A DNA stretch of 64,000 nucleotides, from assembly GCA_963676615.1 (NCBI GenBank), contig OY781092.1:1506357-1570356 (forward strand), read 5' to 3'. The notes beneath the pieces were generated by a model. The model was not told the origin of the DNA. It was given only the letters and a program-made list of their open reading frames with translations, and did not search any database. The DNA is from Candidatus Cloacimonadota bacterium. Lineage in GTDB: Bacteria; Cloacimonadota; Cloacimonadia; G963667145. Positions within the stretch are counted from its first letter, which is position 1; every line of letters starts with the position of its first letter. The position numbers and the translations under genes are program-made. Positions 63,401 through 64,000 of the stretch are shown in pieces.

Positions 63401-64000
63401 TTTCGCCAGCTTTGGGCGATAACATCAAGCAATACACCTATTCCGACTCAATCGTAATCAAATGGAACGAAATTCCTGCGGCAGACTCGTTCTGGCTAAG
63501 AGGCAGGAGCGGCGACGATTTGGCGTTAGACACAGTTGTTAGCGACACCAGCGTTTGTTGGACAGGAATGCAGGGCGGTATCGTTTACTCTTTCGAGGTT
63601 AGCGCCCGCAACGACTATGTCGGCAAAGACAATCCAGCTTGGTCGAACAGAGCCTTCGGTTTTGCGACTTTGCCAGCTCCAACAAATGTAGAGCTTGAGC
63701 AAGATTCGCTCAACGATGGAATTAGGATTAGCTTCGACACCGTTTTGGGTGCGGAAAAATACATCGTCTATTCCAGCACGCCGACGCAAAGCTTGTATCA
63801 AAAAGTTTTGGAGATTGCGCAACAAAATAAGGCTCGTTTAGATAGTTTGGACCAAAATCCTTTGCCAGGCGATACGGCTTGGTATTTTGTGCGTTCTTTC
63901 AATTCCAGAACGGGAAGCTCCGACAGCTCAATTGTGGTCGATACAGTCTATCCTGTGACTCCGCCGAACGGTTTGCGGGCGAGCAAAGGCGAGAAGTTGA
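48478..64000 (+). CDS. Second giant FN3-like repeat lipoprotein (>5,170 aa, 3'-truncated by the window), paralog of 15033-48161
   Basis: AGGAG RBS and GTG start; MKKNAGSRFRVGRFFGLSLAFLFLLLG-C lipoprotein signal. The ORF track lists no stop-terminated ORF in this frame, and sampled translations throughout give FN3-like sequence up to the last codons (PPNGLRASKGEKL). Multiple colinear matches to giant 1. Confidence 0.9.
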   Translation, partial: MKKNAGSRFRVGRFFGLSLAFLFLLLGCNDMITQNDVAPNPSDMSASTDNEDYVTVTWNCSGDVNTFVVYRAEEYEALSTEYLKLATVEGKIYNDNSSSLIPGKSYYYNVATVGGMIASESKRPTMGCLKVPTLEDLSASQDLEDKIRLSWTVPSSIMNKELDGYVTIKYAENGDNASINNGYQEVIVLDDLVNSYDLTNVVIGQSYYIKATVSVKAKGASDLELRHSASSNIVIGNTKVTSPKTVTASKGNYSDGIRVTWSEVVGIDGVVIKRSDESRGFTMYDQIVGDFYDGEAEFKERKFNDTTSSVKMGSPYRYAVYGLINNGLGAYDTLAINSAGLDQKDTTGQFLNLGYKNYEQAENLSVSQDSIGKIVLNYQTNADEFDNLYAQLYRRDYFGSSTSDTAACGAALLLTDPLFSFVDEDVVPGKKYFYSVNIYRLDGGIKEGASGLSEPVVGVSRLAAPENLVATDGTSNDAVILTWNSVTGANKYDIYMGTDTAKLGYVGSSLDTTYSVSRAYYETGKVFYFRVSALGDIYSQKSNLDSGWIRINAPLDFRLISTKTDGFELGWVAVQNAREYVLYRRNYLPDSVYAVVDTLDKNLTTFIDSGLESGFQYAYKIVTVSNQEIAPDTYQMSDSSNEVMSRTTLRSPILDSVSINEDGQIRLWWTGIPGIVDLQYRIYKEVGGGYESFAQTSSSEYTFRGDSLVPGKVYRFGVSAFTTTEFNEESKLSNTRKGYSRLDSAYDLTATFGTVTDTIKLTWKSLKNSGVTEFRLFRANSGTTDFVEVGKVLDTSFDTIMADYKEYSFDDYKNLEGGRQYDYKVFSYREDYCTQTVKDDIWSNIAIGKIKILPPKFYAVDCGAQVDTIGIYFAEDDGVESYLCYYSNQPDISTADSVEFLPIEASTYNYKRLKYKLDLQAHGLKNGKLYYFWIACRKAGELSAASEWKPGFSQFAKPTIASPATKGTQDYIGFAWDGQDISDSIIYEIRRTKHSNSITQELATTDTFYHDASVDPGFKYIYKYRIKNQTAFEVCNSFYEGFDENLTRSFYSDTTAGYVMIEKVQGLQATTDEKNFVLVTWDDLAGDVLYDILRKRVDKTDWTKVDSSLDTSRFKDNANFGNERGYAYYYKIRSYTNDYPNLSQFSDSVRGNMLFPAPAGVVASKGVYADTIKVSWDSISLVDEYEVLRIDPDGTQLSRSPKLKKSGNEFYFYDDSSLVRGNGYLYMIRAKLRHNLGFTEYSDTTDAYKKEQATGYTKLPKVTGVTATEGEFMDSVVVTWDPVSVANSYMVFRYDSDRNLVTTEVTENRFSDRRAAGIKGGKFYYYAIVAKKGPLESVSPSKEARGYLALYGPTGVRASQGLLDSIVIEWDTLTTAKTVKYYIYRGDDPAVPIDSVDQPLHRYAYPVPTPEKGANIDFFVEAQSYYFGRTGQSDTVTGYCQLDTLVGFALAEIDEGTENPKIQITWTSAESSDSTRLQIKNGAIWEDLVTLPKEVGVYLDSGRMVGKRLQYRGQSIKYDRDNIKYSSYVEDEIFLLIPTVEFDTITQAVFGYKVFLRWPGLPTNDGKFYQIFVYNNEGNYLSETADDTLRLIESGKSSYTFDHSIVSDPKFVRGRKYFYRLRTRTMPEGPDGVWSDLTPQSPTPAHYYGWAKTPAPVFDSVSKDLVSEIKLKWIFNSDAVDAQLRIIGVTEDRLVNLLNKTEDTRPDVYGGHDYKFIIRAINTDLGDTSDWSDTAYGMALLGPPPAVVATKGTESGKVEVSWNVSSSTDNYGAEKYMIERGSDTLNYIELATIDDNSWNTNPYTNSFTYDDVMSASEMGKVYFYRVTSVGTPGNISDPSAYDSGWARIPAPVITAFTGQNGRLAIENDSIRIEWEDPCNLELDSVTYTVTVSGDNGFSATATMSAGSTKWSTEIAEADRMQLLKVTVSSSRPSYGESEVSPAVDAVTKVPVPAKNTIFNGLVAKDNGVTVNYKGLNTWVDSIQFLRKEVGRTNTIPVKTVLNPGESGTGAFVDIKGLVLSTEYAYSFKLYNRYAGFSDESDTVVIKTDIIPPTELRASKGTEKDKIAIDWLIVNSGGLDVSYNIYADTVYNDFVAAAASGTKRVTGSSAPKKPPVFLPVGVALGESRLKLERGRKYYFAASTNERDIYALPSMNSEPSNVDSGYVSITKPYMESASKGESQDSIVIKWKACESYKHNTYMNYELSWYYGENTPMTKTITPEEYTYDGDFVSYSLQKGSGFDTNLLPAKKYFFKVRGMLQGSEYTVAQISEYSDSEEEGWLAIEPPQNFEANFNDQYKYDVVPLIWTNPENLPVVIYASDAKATLWENEAKSLPSGMTTFALPITEDEQRGKYRYYGARFYDPVFGYSDTQDPNCQDSGIAKFGPVNINSVSQGEYLDSILVTWDALPSANQYQIRIEDENQALVDTTIWGVYDPLKYSFEGANLKQGKKYLFKVRARNSAVPFPETYGVYGSAVSGFTQLPAVTGVDATYGTLNDRVNIVWNPVDQAETYAVFRSEDTAQIGIEITTTSDTSYDDLSNELWYGRDYFYRVLAENVNTDILNEDKRNFSKFDTGWIKLPIVSSLSATKGTMVGQIMVNWQQFDRIGGYYLDTCYNLAATKTYAVFDTIISAGVSRKIYDKASGLQEGRCYNFKARAFTGERQNTINEVVYDSGYMYIDKVQNVKASEGYAGDTILVTFKKVRDYDERKNYELQRRNLENMDTVDVTDLASFQIISDTVIIKDTSFDVQTTGFIYQYRARVAIPEEILWSEWGDWSLSGWGSLPILPINVYDEQDSLLVDTIKVQWDANSFAGKSMTKLKIEYGPDTTSFQKAVILDDQASLDKGYMMFNADDFYTINPGQVYYFRAKIYRSEGTAEIASAFSALDSGWYKLEAPKMSTMGKGQESDSILVSWIVQEDLPAMVKQAMKYVIYRNGSKIDSVIAKSSYYDTIGVTFGDFYDYSIMAVHPKFKSSALSEPARGFAMLVVPTLDTVEVAGDDLSVKWNYPTGRDIDSFKIYRKNSRDAALPEPIALVEYDATVGSYAWTDESCEKGKRYFYCLRAYKDGLVDSDTSVNKSNYIDLDVPVIDTVSRGEAVDEITIEWKSDRYADSAIIVRDTLADFSTAQKVGTRRFLMGSFVDENCTDGKIYYYKIVSKRNEFVSDSSDFMAGYAKYKMPKITNVIKDKDTIGFEWNENGSSADSIKLYIGEDLAVAYPIDSVQLGEKNITDLIGEFSNSSWFVAGQEYYIKIKGISHHTLEMREGYAAENFEVCSDLTESKLCFSALAKPEISVSRNKEDTVTVRWNKMPSNVVSLVRIEWKIGDFGAAGDTIVREIVNNGADTSIALPVNYDGDFPIWVATKYQFRVKYSRGVVNSSYSEVDTGWTKLSAPTDLQVSRGDYDDSLRFVWSNYRENAEASQDSTAVYVLEYEKADGSYEPFQRVSNRDKFYDAVFSNGAVPLGVETKFRVRGVSAAGSGIDSVMTDLPVNSGWTRLLPPVDSATATISKDIDGKIKIKWDNKITGETAQIEAYTTMGVMYQVEKRRVSMPSFMNSGYQNIHAVQVDSFVDSSQLSPQYSYRYRVRYFSPYYNNILQDMDKSSSPWVVLADTGMVKLPRPTVELANDGEYFTDRIKLKVKRSYGADSLYLYRRIANQGAYAVIDTIVFEENVDYNAKVLHTDDRDLLAGKAYQYKAVALLGDRRSDSSDAFYAFARLAMAQNVTAGDALSEDSVLVKWDTVAFAQMYDITVEDQLGNPIATLRLPKQDSVFAVKSKTNGGDLEYGVVYKFGVIAKNEQCVVASDTFGSAPAYDDGYLRFVEPKIQSLSKDSVGKIEVRFSYPSENFSFKVTRSPDTAYVKNSADQYDKYAVIDPIITQLGDTNYLCTDYFGVTAGTNGVQYAYNLQAFMGNIPDAISDTAKSYELASGSRFGYSKIGRFTGALAATQGKYNDSLVVSWNAPAIKNLFDTLKYEWVEFKDGTEETTGVVKDERFARDTSEIDRGVKYEYRLRLQAVDKSGAVYSTSDLSLNKAIGWIELDTPKIVFSRENDENKIAIINNSLDFMLYRKINGNDLNPVAVAAGESYIDSVLLDMHNAGKNVKYRVRTYTPEYNLQSPFSEEVDTFYEIFPPSSLGASKGEYEDKIALSWTWDNPQRAQADSFVIYRKVDDVLDYQKSIYRYSFDLTTRNDSFFYEDNQNIKQGVSYRYGISSKRVNSGFADKESDTTWNTENGYAIFSAPAGLDASKNAQLVTIQWDSLRNEGDVDGYILFYTDDNTQPLSAWDTAVVSDTILTQTGANSVPLGTIRWYKVAAFNSVVDTGIISAPAVYGYALMDAPTELNCWEGESADTIKVTWDKLATYETYFLQWALDTASNPDGTFKTPIGKVGSSNFSNAVFTDDSLLIRVSADSLRARKIYVKLWAQNQYGTSLPALDSGYTKLAELTNLAVSQGSINDSLQISFSQPAKSNIASFGLILDSLGADFASPEKSITAMAGADTTIEIAHKGYIYRVGAYANSELVNAGSDTVWAEGYSKIPAPVGVEGDALENGNNKIKWEVVGIGDQDTVRYNIYRQETGKDPLLLSRLYYDAPVNDTMSFTDDKAMPGNNYDYYLRAYAADRPYPFGDISPIESDTSSHASLLTQIGAVSGFVQDTTMLEQPSAVLYWEQRGDLSDYNIYFSRWADTATAKIKSLSITDNNFYVKITDSLTDFPGMLWHFWIRAKSNGGSELGQWTPNDNDGLLVYTLPSVPAIDQVEEGASADSIHLNWSKSDYSKYAVEYRKSDETVWTKLADETDTSVSVFAVTDNLSPGVKYDFRVAAKIDKDTVSPMGPANGKYGRTVISDYSAIKKGYLRFDTVAAFKTYNAPDSIKTDRIVLYWEKSEGSNVVYTIYRSESSDTASATALTSVVDEDRYEDVRYRENEAPLPGKAYYYWITAKKSVLANSESKKQPLKGAIATGYNNVDSAWTKFIAPSGLDASGEFSPALGDNIKQYTYSDSIVIKWNEIPAADSFWLRGRSGDDLALDTVVSDTSVCWTGMQGGIVYSFEVSARNDYVGKDNPAWSNRAFGFATLPAPTNVELEQDSLNDGIRISFDTVLGAEKYIVYSSTPTQSLYQKVLEIAQQNKARLDSLDQNPLPGDTAWYFVRSFNSRTGSSDSSIVVDTVYPVTPPNGLRASKGEKL

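Noticed and set aside
48648..63825. Many short ORFs on both strands, including 345-, 404- and 291-aa minus-strand ORFs
   Set aside because: All overlap the single open frame +1 gene starting at 48478 and are shadows of it.

Overview
Bacterial genomic DNA in four parts. (1) Bases 1-3300 are an AT-rich (~28-30% GC in sampled lines) defence island with a 5'-truncated type II-like restriction endonuclease, a GmrSD-type DUF262-DUF1524 nuclease and a beta-class amino-methyltransferase, translationally coupled. (2) Bases 3.3-12.2 kb are housekeeping genes: a Bax-inhibitor/YccA protein, ridA, lgt, a small lipoprotein, an acyl-CoA synthetase, and an FMN-riboswitch-controlled ribD-ribE-ribBA-ribH-impX-like operon. 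(3) Bases 12.2-15 kb are a palindrome-rich non-coding region with an intact IS256-family element. (4) From 15 kb to the end lie two tandem giant lipoprotein genes. The first is complete at 11,042 aa, with about 8,400 aa of divergent fibronectin-III-like domains followed by seven GLUG-type modules. The second (48478 to >64000, over 5,170 aa) is missing from the ORF track because it has no stop codon in the window, and it is domain-for-domain colinear with the first. Both are dense in D-[S/T]-hydrophobic motifs matching the Bacteroidota O-glycosylation sequon, and the first contains a five-domain super-repeat. This giant pair is the best candidate for an undescribed system. The tetramer ACGT is also almost absent from the window. 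All calls are from motifs read by eye, with no database searches run.
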